Assembly: GCA_008632985.1 (NCBI GenBank)
Contig: QPGO01000022.1
Coordinates: 186,001 to 250,000, forward strand
Direction: 5' to 3'
DNA: 64,000 nt
Source: Psammoneis japonica
Taxonomy: Eukaryota
The notes under the pieces were generated by a model. It saw only the letters and a program-made list of their open reading frames with translations. It was not told the origin of the DNA and made no database searches. Shown piece by piece: positions 1 to 11,706 of this stretch (position 1 is its first letter; every line of letters starts with the position of its first letter). Made by a program: the position numbers and the translations under genes.

Positions 1-1
1 G

Positions 2-1382
2 AATCGTTTCCAGGAGGACGCCTTTGCAACAGCGTCATATCTTCTCCAGTGCGCTGCAGCTCTGCCCGACGCCGAGGCAATTTCAGCTCAAATAGTTGGC
101 GAACCAACGGATGAAGAGAAGCAAGAGCCGGCCGCCAAGAAAACTTTCGGCTCTGATTTTGGCGATGCGATTTCGGAACCGAGTGATGTTTCGTTAACGA
201 CACCTCGGGCCAAGTTTCAGTGGACATTTCACGAGGAAGGTATTCACTTTGTGAATGCGAAAGAAGAACATCTTCTCGTTCCTTCAAACTCCGTCGAAAG
301 GATGGTGTTGTTTCCGAAGCCTGAGGACTGTCGGAAACATCACGAGTCTGTTGGGGACATGGTACTTTTGATTTTCAAAACGGGGGAAGACGATGCCCGT
401 AAGGACGTTCTCTTTAGGCAGAAGAAGTTGAAACAAATTTGCCTTCAACTCCCGACATCCTCACCGACAATTGACCAAGGAGAAGAGGACGAAAGAGATT
501 GGACGGAGCTTCTTTGCACCAGTCTTGATTTGGATCCACAAGTCCAAGTGGCGCGAGTCTACAACCCAACACTTGAAAAAAACAAACGAAGCGGGTATTC
601 GTTCGAATCGTATCAGGAAGATAACGTGTCCACAACCACGGGGTGTATGCCTTTCGTCAAATGCCATAAAGGGGTTCATGATGGGGCTCTATATCCAATG
701 AAAGAAGGTATTCTCTTCTTCAAGTAAGTTCGCTATCACTTCATATACATAATACTTACGTCACGTTCTTCTCTCAATTCTGTCCTCACTTTTCCTCTAA
801 CTTTTCAGGCCTCCATTTTTCTTGCATCGGTCTGAAATGCACTCCATTGCCTGTGGCCGAGGCTCGGGTGGGTCCCGTTATGTTGATATGGTTGTATCTG
901 TAGTTGATGGAGATTCCCAGGAGGAATTAGAATTCAAAAATATTCACCGAGATGAATTGAAGCAGTTGAACTCCTACATTCATGGGACTTTGATCCCCGC
1001 AATGACAAAGGATGCCGGTGGAGAGATCGTGGAGGAACGTGTCGACGGCATTGACAGTGACGCTTCTTCAACTCCAACTGCATCCTCTCAGAAACCACGT
1101 TCGAGCAAGCGAAAAGCCTTAAGAGCAGCTAGGGAGCGAAACCGTATTGAAGTCGCTTCCTTGCAAGCCACTGAATCTGACGAGGAGACGGAAGAAAATG
1201 ATGACAGGTGGGATTCGTCAGAGGAAGATCATTCAGTTTCCGAGGAGGACATGTCGGTGAATGGTGTCAATGATGTCATGGTCGATGAGTCTGAGGAAGA
1301 TGATGAAAACTACGACGGTGCTGAAACAGAAAGCGAGGACGACGACGATGAGCCCATTCAGAAAAGAGCTAAAACATACTAA
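2..1382 (+). CDS. SSRP1/Rtt106-like histone chaperone (PH-like middle domain plus acidic tail), 5' partial, one intron 724-808
   Basis: Frame is open from base 2. A GT-AG intron at 724-808 joins ORFs 251-727 and 822-1382 in frame (FFK|PPFFLHR). Motifs SLTTPRAKF, DGALYPMKEGILFFKPP and ELEFKNIHRDEL resemble SSRP1/Rtt106. The C-terminus is D/E-rich. Confidence 0.6.
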
Positions 1383-1462
1383 TCCGATGGACTGCAACCT
1401 TTGTTCACATGAAATGTTTTGGCGAAAGCGGAGTAATGGATGGCACATTATTGTTGGGCACA

Positions 1463-4400
1463 TTATTCACTAGTCTCGTTGCCTTTTTCTGACACCTTGA
1501 TGTTTCGTAACGAGCTCCAGCAGCTGTCAGTGGTGCAGTTTTCGGCTGCACAGCAGTCCACTAGGTTCAGCTTCAATGGCGGTAATGAATAGCTCATAAC
1601 GTCGTGAATCGAAACGCCCATGTCATCCGTCATGTCTGCGGCAATCATGTCGATTTGTGAACGATTCAAATGTTGCGTTTGATCCAATAGAGGTTTGCAG
1701 CGACAAAAAAGGTGAAGAAGCCGAGATGGCTCTTCAGACTGACGGCAGTGGCGGTGCAGCAAATACTCAGCTCGAGTCTTGGGGGTGAGCACCTTCAGTA
1801 CATCGTCCTCTTGTAAAACCCTCCTTCGTTTTCTTCCTTTGTCTTGTCCAACGAGCTGGGTAGCCATCCAACGCGCTTCTCGAACCGCCTCTTTCAAGTA
1901 GGACTCTGGAGGCGTTGACCTATGGAATACGATGCCAGACTCATCCAACCACGCTCCTTCTTCTATTGCCTCGATGTCAAGACCTTTCCCAAGAAGAGTC
2001 AAGGCCGCATCACGCTCGGCATAGAGCTTCGCTTGCCCCGTTTCGTCATCAACAATACCACTACATTCCCACTTAACGGCAGCGTATCGTATAGGACAGT
2101 CGTTCGGACAACGAAGGTCAGAATGTTCCCGGCACAAACTCGGTCTTCCCCTTTGTTCCATTTCTTTTCGATTCGGTTCAGCAGTGGTCGAGCTAGGAGA
2201 TGAGGTGCGAACAGGCAGTGGTAGATGCCAGAATCCGTTGTTTCTGTCTCCATTCTGACCATTTTTTGTATCGTTGAGGTTTACACTGCTCACTACTCCA
2301 GTTGTACGCTTGCTGTAAGCCTTGCGATTCCCAATTTCGTCTTTGGTGCTGGGTCCGCGTAATGCCTGAAAGCACCTCGTACATTCAAGCTGTGCCCGAC
2401 AAAACGTCACGGCCAGTAGCCGAGCGTCAGAAATTAATTGGACAAGTGAAGGATGCAATTCAGATTTCGATCGCTTTCTCAGGTTTGCACAAACTTTCCC
2501 ATGTAGTTGTGAAAGCGTCGAAAGCGGAACTCCCCAGGATTGGTGTGGTGAAGACAGCATCTCGCCAGTAAAGGACTGCTGTATTTCATTTCGATTCTGT
2601 TGAAGCTCTCTGCGTCGAACCCTTCTACCTAGCATCCCTGGCAAAAATTTTCTCCCTCCAGTAGTATACACTATCGAAGGCACGAAATGAAATGACGAAC
2701 GGGGCAACGCGCGATTCGCGTCCTCGCAACACCGGCCTACATGATTTAACCAAGATGCACATAGGTCCTCTATGCCGCATTTCATGCGAATGTAACCTTG
2801 TTCGTTTTCACTGACTGCGTTACGGGGAATTCGAAGTTGTACCGCACAGAAAAGATTGGGCAATCTCAGATGTTCTTTGGTGTCAGTAGAAAAATCTAAC
2901 TCATCCCACCCACCCGCCACGACTGCGCAAGAATTAAGACAGTCAGCGATCCGCCACCATGCGCAGGCTAAAGATAAATGTTCCTCAACCAGACCGGATT
3001 CCACTACTTGCAACTTTCTCATGGCCGCTTGCATTAAAACTCTCTTTTCAAACGGAATTCGCACAGATAAGTTGACATCTGTCGACTGAACGGTGGATAT
3101 CTTATCAGCTGTAGGTTGCTCTTCCTGGATAGACGCCGCCCGTCCCAGGGGAGCATGAGAAATAGTCAGCACAACGCCACTATAAATGCCATTCCGGATC
3201 CTGGAGAGCTTGTATCGCTGACGACAATGTAGGCCTACCAAATAGTCAACATTATGTAACGAAGTGTCGGAAGGAGCATTCGATGATAGACACTGCTGCA
3301 CGCCGACGCACTTTCCTACAGGGTGGATGTCTACATCCTTGTCGTCTTCTTCCTTAGCTTTCATCGGCTCGATAGATTTGCATCGAAGTTGTACAGATGC
3401 AATGAATCGCATACCCTTACAGTCAAAAAGCGACGTCGAGCTGGTTACCTGCATCGAGTTCAAGCCCTTTATGGCTGATCCCTGACCCGTATCCGTTAAA
3501 GCAGAATGCCGTTCATATGGAGCAAATGGAGGGAGAAGAGCTTCGACAATGTTGCTCCTGGACCCTGCTTCTTTGTCAGCTATAGAGAATTTAACCCCCG
3601 GGGTCTCGCCCAAGCAGATGCACGACACAATCGACGACTCTATCGTTACAAAAATGAAATCCCCGGAAGAAATCGGTACAGAAGTACCACCATCAATGCG
3701 ACAAGGCTTAGACAATGGGAGCTGACATTGCCCATCTGAGACTGACGTCGATTTGCTCATAGAGACTTGTGTTGCAATACCAGCTGAGACTAGTCGTCTT
3801 CTATTAGAATCAGCATCAAGACTTCCCCAAATTACCGAGCCACGTGATGACTCGTCGTTCCCTTCTCTAAGTTCTTCTATCAGCACATAGTGCGGGATAT
3901 GGATAGACGCAGTCCATCCTGCCTTTGGTATATCACGATCAATGGACACTCCATCTTTGTTTGAGCGAGTGCGCTTGAGTTCTGAATGCATTCTGCGCCA
4001 CAAAATCCTTGTAGAAATCTCTCGAACTGCATACAGCCCGACCACTACTGGCCAAGATTCAACCTGTCGACTCCAATAGGCCCTTTCGATGTTGCACCCG
4101 TGCGATTCAGATGGCTGGTGCAGATATTCCGCGGGTTCACCGCATGCATGGTCGAAAAATTCAGCGTATGGGTCCCTTCGTTGGGCCCGTGGCTTTGTTG
4201 TCTTCGAATCTGAGGCGGTGTCATTAACGCCCATCAACACACGTGCCATTTCATCAACATCTGGCAAATACCAGTCCTTTAAATTGCTAACGCGTTTGTT
4301 GTCGGTCCAAAACGTTCTGAGACGACTCGTCAACTCTTTCTCAGGGCTGGACGACTCAATCCGAGAAAAAGCGTATGGCCTCAACATGTGCAAAGGGTGT

Positions 4401-5695
4401 CGATCTGTGTCGTGACGCCAGTAATCGGTAGATTCTTGGTAGTAGCAGTCTCCCTCTTTTGTGCTCGTCGGGCTACTGGACTTTGCTTGCAGCTCTTGAA
4501 AGCTTTCGGAACCACCGGTGCAACTGCTGCATGTAAGTATAGTAACCGTGGATCTAAGGCAAGCAGCGAGTAGCAAATAGTTGTCTGGTGAGTCGTTCTG
4601 CTTTGAAGGATGAACGTTCACTGCTCGAAAACGTGCGCCTCGTCTTAGCCCCAACTGAAGATTGATCGACATAGGGAAGTAATCCAAGTTCAACGTCATT
4701 GGTTTACTGTGTTGAGAACAACCATTTGTGTCCACAGCAAAAAAGTCGATCTTCCTCAAAGTGAGCAATCCTGGGGTGCTGGAATGCGAAAAGTGATGCG
4801 ATGTCACCTCACCTTGAATGGAGATTAGGGGGACCGGAGTGGACGGCAACGTTTTGAACAAGGATGCCGGACAAGTGCTACTCTCATACTCCCATTCTAT
4901 AGCATGAGACGTATCAACAACGAAAACATGGGTTGGTGATCGATTGCGTAGTCTATGTATCTTCTTCTTTTCGAACGATTGGGGGACATGCCATCGCTTT
5001 TTTCGCACGTGGCGAAATGAGATGAAATCCGAAGGCTGAATGCCTGCGTGGCACAAAAGCGCACGGTGACCTTTGAGCACCACGACAGCACTCAAAGGAC
5101 CAGCGCCACCAGAGATCTCTTCATACACTTCAGCTAAGGCAAAGGGATCTGATGGGACAGCTGCAATAATGGGCGATATCGCATCCACTTTAGCTCGAAA
5201 AGAGAATAGATCCCCTGCCTTCCCATCGTTACCTTGATTTTGCTTCGCTATCTTTCCTTCCAATTGCGAAAGTTCCAGAAAATCAACTCTATGAAGCAAT
5301 GGTATATCAGTTTGCGAATCAAACACAAGGCCATCGACGTTGATTTCAAGCAGAAAGCGAAAACCTTCCGAATGAGGACCTCTGAAGTCAACCACTGAGA
5401 AATTCGTAACTCTAACTGTACGTCGGAACCGAGCAGAATCGCAAGCTACTTTAAGCGCGCCATGGGTGACAATCAACAAATACTCTACGCGAGTGTCGTT
5501 TTCTCGCAGAACGAAACTTGCTGATCGCAGTGACGTATTCGCTTGCGATAACAAATCATCACTGGTTGTAGCATTCGATTGTTGGTTTGTGATAGAATGC
5601 TCTCCATCGATACCTGGAAGGAAATATCGGTGCTCTATAATTCCAACTATGGGTGAGTTAGGTACAGTGCGGATCATGATCTCGAACGATGTCAC
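1463..5695 (-). CDS. CTC1: Large OB-fold protein, CTC1-like (CST complex); start codon uncertain
   Basis: 1410-aa ORF. LGLRRGARFRAVNVH, LAACLRSTV, Cys pairs (CTRC, CPNDC) and IVDDETGQAKL resemble conserved plant/animal CTC1 blocks as I recall them. Confidence 0.55.
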   Translation of the reverse strand: MTSFEIMIRTVPNSPIVGIIEHRYFLPGIDGEHSITNQQSNATTSDDLLSQANTSLRSASFVLRENDTRVEYLLIVTHGALKVACDSARFRRTVRVTNFSVVDFRGPHSEGFRFLLEINVDGLVFDSQTDIPLLHRVDFLELSQLEGKIAKQNQGNDGKAGDLFSFRAKVDAISPIIAAVPSDPFALAEVYEEISGGAGPLSAVVVLKGHRALLCHAGIQPSDFISFRHVRKKRWHVPQSFEKKKIHRLRNRSPTHVFVVDTSHAIEWEYESSTCPASLFKTLPSTPVPLISIQGEVTSHHFSHSSTPGLLTLRKIDFFAVDTNGCSQHSKPMTLNLDYFPMSINLQLGLRRGARFRAVNVHPSKQNDSPDNYLLLAACLRSTVTILTCSSCTGGSESFQELQAKSSSPTSTKEGDCYYQESTDYWRHDTDRHPLHMLRPYAFSRIESSSPEKELTSRLRTFWTDNKRVSNLKDWYLPDVDEMARVLMGVNDTASDSKTTKPRAQRRDPYAEFFDHACGEPAEYLHQPSESHGCNIERAYWSRQVESWPVVVGLYAVREISTRILWRRMHSELKRTRSNKDGVSIDRDIPKAGWTASIHIPHYVLIEELREGNDESSRGSVIWGSLDADSNRRRLVSAGIATQVSMSKSTSVSDGQCQLPLSKPCRIDGGTSVPISSGDFIFVTIESSIVSCICLGETPGVKFSIADKEAGSRSNIVEALLPPFAPYERHSALTDTGQGSAIKGLNSMQVTSSTSLFDCKGMRFIASVQLRCKSIEPMKAKEEDDKDVDIHPVGKCVGVQQCLSSNAPSDTSLHNVDYLVGLHCRQRYKLSRIRNGIYSGVVLTISHAPLGRAASIQEEQPTADKISTVQSTDVNLSVRIPFEKRVLMQAAMRKLQVVESGLVEEHLSLACAWWRIADCLNSCAVVAGGWDELDFSTDTKEHLRLPNLFCAVQLRIPRNAVSENEQGYIRMKCGIEDLCASWLNHVGRCCEDANRALPRSSFHFVPSIVYTTGGRKFLPGMLGRRVRRRELQQNRNEIQQSFTGEMLSSPHQSWGVPLSTLSQLHGKVCANLRKRSKSELHPSLVQLISDARLLAVTFCRAQLECTRCFQALRGPSTKDEIGNRKAYSKRTTGVVSSVNLNDTKNGQNGDRNNGFWHLPLPVRTSSPSSTTAEPNRKEMEQRGRPSLCREHSDLRCPNDCPIRYAAVKWECSGIVDDETGQAKLYAERDAALTLLGKGLDIEAIEEGAWLDESGIVFHRSTPPESYLKEAVREARWMATQLVGQDKGRKRRRVLQEDDVLKVLTPKTRAEYLLHRHCRQSEEPSRLLHLFCRCKPLLDQTQHLNRSQIDMIAADMTDDMGVSIHDVMSYSLPPLKLNLVDCCAAENCTTDSCWSSLRNIKVSEKGNETSE

Positions 5696-5964
5696 GCTGC
5701 GAGAGCCTTGAAATCGTGGAACGGCATAGGTTCATCGTTCTCATGGTGAAATAAGAAAAATTGAAATTATGAGTTACGCACGACTGACGGACCGAGTTTT
5801 CGTACACCTGATGGGCGGACGGACATCGCGTCCGCGCGGGATGCGATGACGCGCGCGATGACACCAAAAACACAAAAGCAATTTTGATGGATGGTTCCGC
5901 TCCAAAGTGAAAGTATCACATACAGTAGTTCCTACTGTAGTGTTCTCGCGAGATTGATTTGACC

Positions 5965-7458
5965 ATGACACTCACTGTATGCGTCGGGGCTTCAGGCTCT
6001 GGAAAGACCACTTTTCTGAATGATGTTCACAAAAGCCACAAGTGTACGTATGTGCGCCAATATCACACGGCCCGACCGTACATTTCTGTTTCAAAAATTC
6101 CCAACTTTGATCCCACAACGCTCCCATTCTGGAAGATTTATGAAGAAGAGGGGACAGCCGATACAATCAAGGTTGGAGGTACAATGGCCGGTGAATTCAC
6201 TGCGGGCCTATCTGGAGGACAGCGAAAGATGCTACTCTTTGAACTCATCTACCAACGGACGATGAACCAGTCCGAGTTGCTCATTTGTCTAGATGAACCA
6301 TTTGCTGGTGTTACAGACGACTTTGTAGATTTCATTGTCGACCGCCTTAACAAGATGAGAGAAAAGCACAATATTTTGTTGGTCACAAATGATCACGTTA
6401 ATACACTTACTAGCATGAGTGACAACACCATTTCGGTGTCAGCAATCGATCGCTCGACGGTCAAGATCAATGAGCATGAGAAGGTTGATCGAGATAAGGC
6501 TCTACTGGCGTTGTCTCTTGGAGACGACTACGTGTATGACGCAACAAGTGGTGACTTCGCTTTCTTCTGGAATGTGGAGGTTGTACGAAACAGCGGTCTT
6601 ATCGCCATTGCAGTCTTCACAACGATTTCTTTCGCCCTTTTTCTTGCGACGTTTTGGGATAGCGACCCGAACAGTGCAGCGCTCGTATTGGTTGCTTCTC
6701 AGATTGTTTCATACTTCAGCATAAATCCATATCTACTGTCTTTGGTTGATTGGCGAAACATGATGGTGGAAGAAGCGGAAGCCCTTATGCATAGTTCCAA
6801 GCGGATGAACAAGGCGCTCAAGTCTAGCTTGGCCGTGTCAATGATCCTCTTGATTTCTCTCATTGCCTATGGATGTGTCAACGGAGTTATTGATGGGCTT
6901 GAATCGGGCTACTATCTTGTTGCCATGTTCTTTGACTCAGGCTCAATGACTTTTCCTGTCATATGTTTGGGCATCTACTCACCTCTTCCATTTCAGGCTG
7001 TTCAGATTCTCGGCAGCATGCCGTTCTTGATGATGATATTCTTCAGCACCACGTTCAGTCCTGGCGCCGGTATTGAGTTCTTCAAAGAGTTCCGCTACTT
7101 ATTCAGTAGGTTCTATTTCTGGTGTAAAGTCCCGGTTGTAGAAGACCTAATGGAGGGTTGTCCTGATGACGACATCAACATTTTATACTTGATCCTTAGT
7201 GGTTTGCTGGGACTGTTTCTCTTCGTTTGTGTCAAGGCACTGATGCAGTTTCGATCCCGAACAAGCAAAGCGAAGGACAAGGAGCGCAGAGAATCCTTCC
7301 ACGACCGAGAGTTTCATATGCTTCAACAAGAGCTGTATGGTGAGAGGGTATTTCGCAAATTACAGCACATGGACAGTGCAGAGAACCTAAGCAAGCTTTC
7401 GAAGAGCCACGAGAGGGAGCCCGAAATCAGAGACAGCGATTCCTCTCACCAGATTTAG
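5965..7458 (+). CDS. ABC transporter half-molecule (N-terminal ATPase plus ABC-2/ABCG-like membrane domain)
   Basis: Walker A GASGSGKTT, signature LSGGQRK, Walker B ICLDEPFAG, H-loop-like VTND, followed by about six hydrophobic segments. Confidence 0.8.
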   Translation: MTLTVCVGASGSGKTTFLNDVHKSHKCTYVRQYHTARPYISVSKIPNFDPTTLPFWKIYEEEGTADTIKVGGTMAGEFTAGLSGGQRKMLLFELIYQRTMNQSELLICLDEPFAGVTDDFVDFIVDRLNKMREKHNILLVTNDHVNTLTSMSDNTISVSAIDRSTVKINEHEKVDRDKALLALSLGDDYVYDATSGDFAFFWNVEVVRNSGLIAIAVFTTISFALFLATFWDSDPNSAALVLVASQIVSYFSINPYLLSLVDWRNMMVEEAEALMHSSKRMNKALKSSLAVSMILLISLIAYGCVNGVIDGLESGYYLVAMFFDSGSMTFPVICLGIYSPLPFQAVQILGSMPFLMMIFFSTTFSPGAGIEFFKEFRYLFSRFYFWCKVPVVEDLMEGCPDDDINILYLILSGLLGLFLFVCVKALMQFRSRTSKAKDKERRESFHDREFHMLQQELYGERVFRKLQHMDSAENLSKLSKSHEREPEIRDSDSSHQI

Positions 7459-8161
7459 CTTGTACGGTAAAGATCCCTTCATTTTTTAATGTGTACAAAG
7501 TCATTAACTACATAAAAGCGCTTCTGCACCCACATTTCCTTGCCGATTTCAACTTCTTCTCTCGGTGTTGTTATTCATCCTAAGTAGTGAAAGCTGGATA
7601 AAAGACAGGCTTCCTTCTCCTACCGGTGGGGCCTAATGACATTTCCCTTGGTTCAGTTTGAAAGAATGACGTCGAATGCGTCACACCATAGCTTGTAATG
7701 AAACAACGCTTGGGAATGCCATTTGAAACTGCAGTTGCTGAGGCAGCGCTCTTCGACACTTCGGCAAGGCACATCTTCATATCATTTGCAGGTTCCCGGC
7801 TTCATTTATCACACTGAGCACAGGCGTTCTTAGCTCGGACAATCCGAATCGTATCTTACATTTGGTAGGCAGGGAAATGACCACGTGACAGTTCTCTCTC
7901 TGTAGCTACTTCTACCGTACAATAGTACCGTAGGTGCCCCTATCACCCCTGAATGAGGACCAACCTGAAAGGCGAGCGCACGACGTACGTACAGCGCTCC
8001 ATACCGGTAGGACGACGGACGTGCGGACGATGATTTCGCGATCTTTGATCTTTTCGTGCTCTGTTGTGTGTTCGCCATTCGCATCATCTTCAATCTGAAA
8101 TCTTCTCTCTTCTTCTTCTATCTCTGATATCTTCTCAATCATAAACCCTATTGAGAACGGC

Positions 8162-9611
8162 ATGATGAAGGACTCGTCAATTCTCGCGTTTGCTCCGCCA
8201 TGGAGCACAAGTAGCAGTGTGGTGACCACGGTTACGTGTGCCGCTGTCGGTACGGCTGTTTGTACTTTGCTGCGCGAAAGAGATCTAGCAGGTCCTTCCT
8301 GTGGCAATCCAAGTCCGATGATTTGGAGTCACTGCTACTTGAGGCTTCCCAACACCAGACGAGGAACAATCTTGCATCTATTTGGATTACAATGCAACGA
8401 CTCCTGTTCACCCTCTCGTTCTGGCAGCAATGATACCCTTTCTGACACTGCATTTTGGCAACCCGTCGAGCTCTCATTATTACGGGCGAGAGCCGAGCCG
8501 CGCAATTCAACAGTCGCGACGATCGCTCTTGAAACTGATTGGATCAACGGACGCCGAGGACTCAATCTGGTTCACAGGCTGTGGTACCGAATCAGATAAC
8601 CTTGCCATTCATTTGGCCCTCCAATCGAGCGACAACACGCAAAAGAAGCATATCGTCACATGCAACGTCGAACACCCAGCGATTGAAGCATGTTTGAAAA
8701 ATCTTGAAGCGCAAGGTCGAGTAGAGGTGACATATGTACCCGTGGGGACGGATGGCAGGGTCCTAGCCTCGGATATTATTGCCGCCATCAATTCCAACAC
8801 TGTTCTAGTTACTCTGATGCTTGCCAACAATGAATCTGGCGCGTTGCAGCCTGTCGCGGAAGTGGCGAACCACTGTCGAAGACGATCAATTCTTTTCCAT
8901 ACCGATGCTGCTCAAGCTGCTGGCAAAGTTTCAGTTGATCTACAGGAGCTTGGCAATCCTGACATGATGACTCTCGTAGGCCACAAGCTGGGTGCTCCCA
9001 AGGGCATTGCCGCACTCTACGTGAGACCGGGATGTTTAACCGAAGGTGGTCGAAAGTTGCCGTCTGGTATCGGTAAAGGAGGTGTCTTACTTGTTGGTGG
9101 TGGTCAAGAAGGGGGGCATCGGGCTGGTACCGAGAACGTTCCATACATTGTTGGTTTTGGACGGGCTGCAGAACTGGCACGCACTCAGTTGAAACAGCAC
9201 GCTGCTCATATGGAGAAAACGAGAAACAGATTATTGCACAACCTGACATCTCTACTGGAAAACAGAATAAAGGTGCGAGCAAACGGTCCAGAATATCCGT
9301 CCTTTCGACTTCCCAATACATTGAGTGTAGGTCTGGAGAATATTCACTCTGGACAATTGCTCGAAAATATTAAAGATCAAGTGGCGGCGAGTGCCGGTGC
9401 CGCGTGCCACTCTGGTGGAAGTGAATCGGTATCTGCCACGTTGAGAGCAATGAAAGTTCCTCAAGAGTTCGCGGCTGGGACACTGCGTCTGAGCGTTGGA
9501 CCCAACACCACTACGGAAGATGTGGACAAAGCCGCAACCATTATTGCTCGAGAAGCGAGAAAACAACTTGAAGTCCGTAAATCTCAAACGCAAACACCAG
9601 AAGAGTCGTAA
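8162..9611 (+). CDS. Class V PLP enzyme: NifS-type cysteine desulfurase / selenocysteine lyase-like, with two apparent 1-nt frameshifts in the N-terminus
   Basis: IYLDYNATTP, FGNPSS, HTDAAQ, PLP lysine motif GHKLGAPKG, RAGTEN and catalytic SAGAACHS (closer to SCLY than to IscS SGSAC). The N-terminus becomes continuous if one base is added near 8258 and one near 8349. Confidence 0.85.
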
Positions 9612-9698
9612 GCAATAAATAGTCTGACTATCGTTTATTGAAACTACAGTTACGTGCCTACAACGCAACAAAGAGAAACCAAGCTGCTGCGCACCATT

Positions 9699-11321
9699 CT
9701 AAATCAGAGGCAGAGTCTCGTCATAACTGTCCGTCCCTCTGTTTGGCGGCACAATCTTATCATCGAAATCGTAATTAATCGACGAGCATCGCACAACTTC
9801 ACGATTATTGGCTGGCTGGATAGGTCTCGCAGCCTTTCGGTCGAAATGTACCGACGTCCGCCTGCAGTTGGGATCGACGTGGTTGAAAATGAGCGTCTTT
9901 AACTGTTCGAGTTGTTCCATGCTGATGAGCATCGGTCTTCGAATGATACGCCACTCGACGAGCTGTGAGCACGGTGGCTCTGTAAGAGAACCAGAGTATG
10001 CATAAAAGTAAGGACTCGGGACAAGCAAGGGATGGTAGGGAAAGAACTCAGCCTTTAGGTTCCTCGTTGCGTTGAAAGATGGCTCGTCGCTCAATAGAGA
10101 GTACTGCCACGAAGCAGCATAATCGACAATGCTATCCCATATTCCCTTTCCTTTGAGAAGCTTATGGGCCTGCGCCAGCTTTCTTCGATCGCGTCTACGC
10201 TTCTGGTCACACTGCAGTTGATGACTGTCAAAAACGTCTTGAAACAAATCAAGAATCTCTTGGAACTTTGGATTGTGTATCGCTGGAAGTGCCTTAACGA
10301 CAACCCCCGCCGTCGGCATACGTCCACGTGACTCGTGTCCGTGAAATATCTGCATTTCCGCGTCATAGGCAATCCCATTGACCCAGTGCTCACTCGGCAC
10401 CTTGAAATCAATATTCAAAACGTCTGCCTTGCCTCCCCATCCATTCGGGAAATCGCCAAAGGCTGGCTCGGGATACAAGCACGCGTCGTTGTTAAAGTTG
10501 AGACAGGGCCGACGGTCGTATACAAGGCGTAGCTTGTTGGGCTCGATCCTCTTGTCCACATCATCGCTGTTTAGTTCCATGTCTGTCCGTATTATTTGAG
10601 AAAGAGCATGTAAGAAACGTGCCAAGGCGTTTCATCAAAAACACAATTGAACATACCTCCGTAACCCGCAAGGATCTGATGCCCAAAATCCCGACAGCTG
10701 GCAAAATGCGTTCCATTAAACGATCTCTCTACATTGATTGGACTCTGTAACGTTGAACCACAAATATTCTTATCCAAGGCACGAGAACGAAACGCTCCTT
10801 TCCAGGGACCAAATCCGTCATTTGTGAACTCTCTGTAGTAGTAATTCCGAGGTGGAGGCCTCCAGAAGTCCTTCCATCGGTTGGGACCATACTTAGAGTC
10901 GGGTTGTAGTTGAAGTAGGAAGAGGGAGCGTTGGGAGGAGGCTCATTGTAGGGATAAGGGTCGTCACTCGGAGCAGCCGAGGGGTTGCAGTTGGTGCAGG
11001 TGAGATAGTAGGAGAGCTCGACGGAGAAGACGTGGAAGGAGATGCCGAAGGGGAATACGTAGGAGATTCAGATGGTTGTGTTGTGGGACGTCTCGTTGCT
11101 GTTGGCTCAGGGGTTACAGTGGGAGACAGAGTCGGACTGGAACTTGGTTCGGCTGTGAAAAACAGCCCATTGAACTCGACCTGAACCTCGGCAACACTGA
11201 ACGACGTGTCCTCGGGACTTAACTCGTGAAACGTATCAACATCGGTCCAATGACGAGCACTACACACACACACTAAGCTTGTCCATGAAAGGACTGTCAG
11301 TATCAGCGACCAGGACGGCAT
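9699..11321 (-). CDS. Secreted alpha-carbonic anhydrase-like protein with Ser/Pro/Thr linker (frameshifted in this assembly)
   Basis: Signal peptide MPSWSLILTVLSW..CVCSA, SPS/PT repeats, then QSPIN, PSEH, YFYAYSGSLTEPPCS..VEW and RPIQP, spread over ORFs 10893-11372, 10592-10777 and 9699-10625. Confidence 0.75.
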
Positions 11322-11706
11322 GGTCAACGTCTTATTGTTCTGCGGAGCAAACAGTGGCAATGGCCTCCGCACTCTTGGAAAAAAGTTGTGTGATCTGGCG
11401 CGCGCCGTTGATTCTACATAGATTCAATACTGTGCGTTGGATGGGTATCTTCCCACCTTTTTTGCCGCACGATTGGAAAGCGGTCGTGCAATATATATAT
11501 TGTTGTTGTATGTTTTCTGATCGTGCGTTAGATGTATAAAAGTATAATTAGTTGAATAATGTTATAAGTTTTGGATCGTATCAAATAGTAATATAACTAT
11601 CCGAACACCAAGATTGGTTTTAGGCGCCAAAAAATTCAAAAATCAAACCGCGCATTTACGCGAAAATACCGATCTTCCTCATTTCAACACAAAACTCACT
11701 CTGACC

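Noticed and set aside
8340..8342. In-frame TGA upstream of the SCLY-like domain as a selenocysteine codon
   Set aside because: A single missing C near 8349 explains the frame, the position is outside the conserved domain, and I recognised no SECIS.
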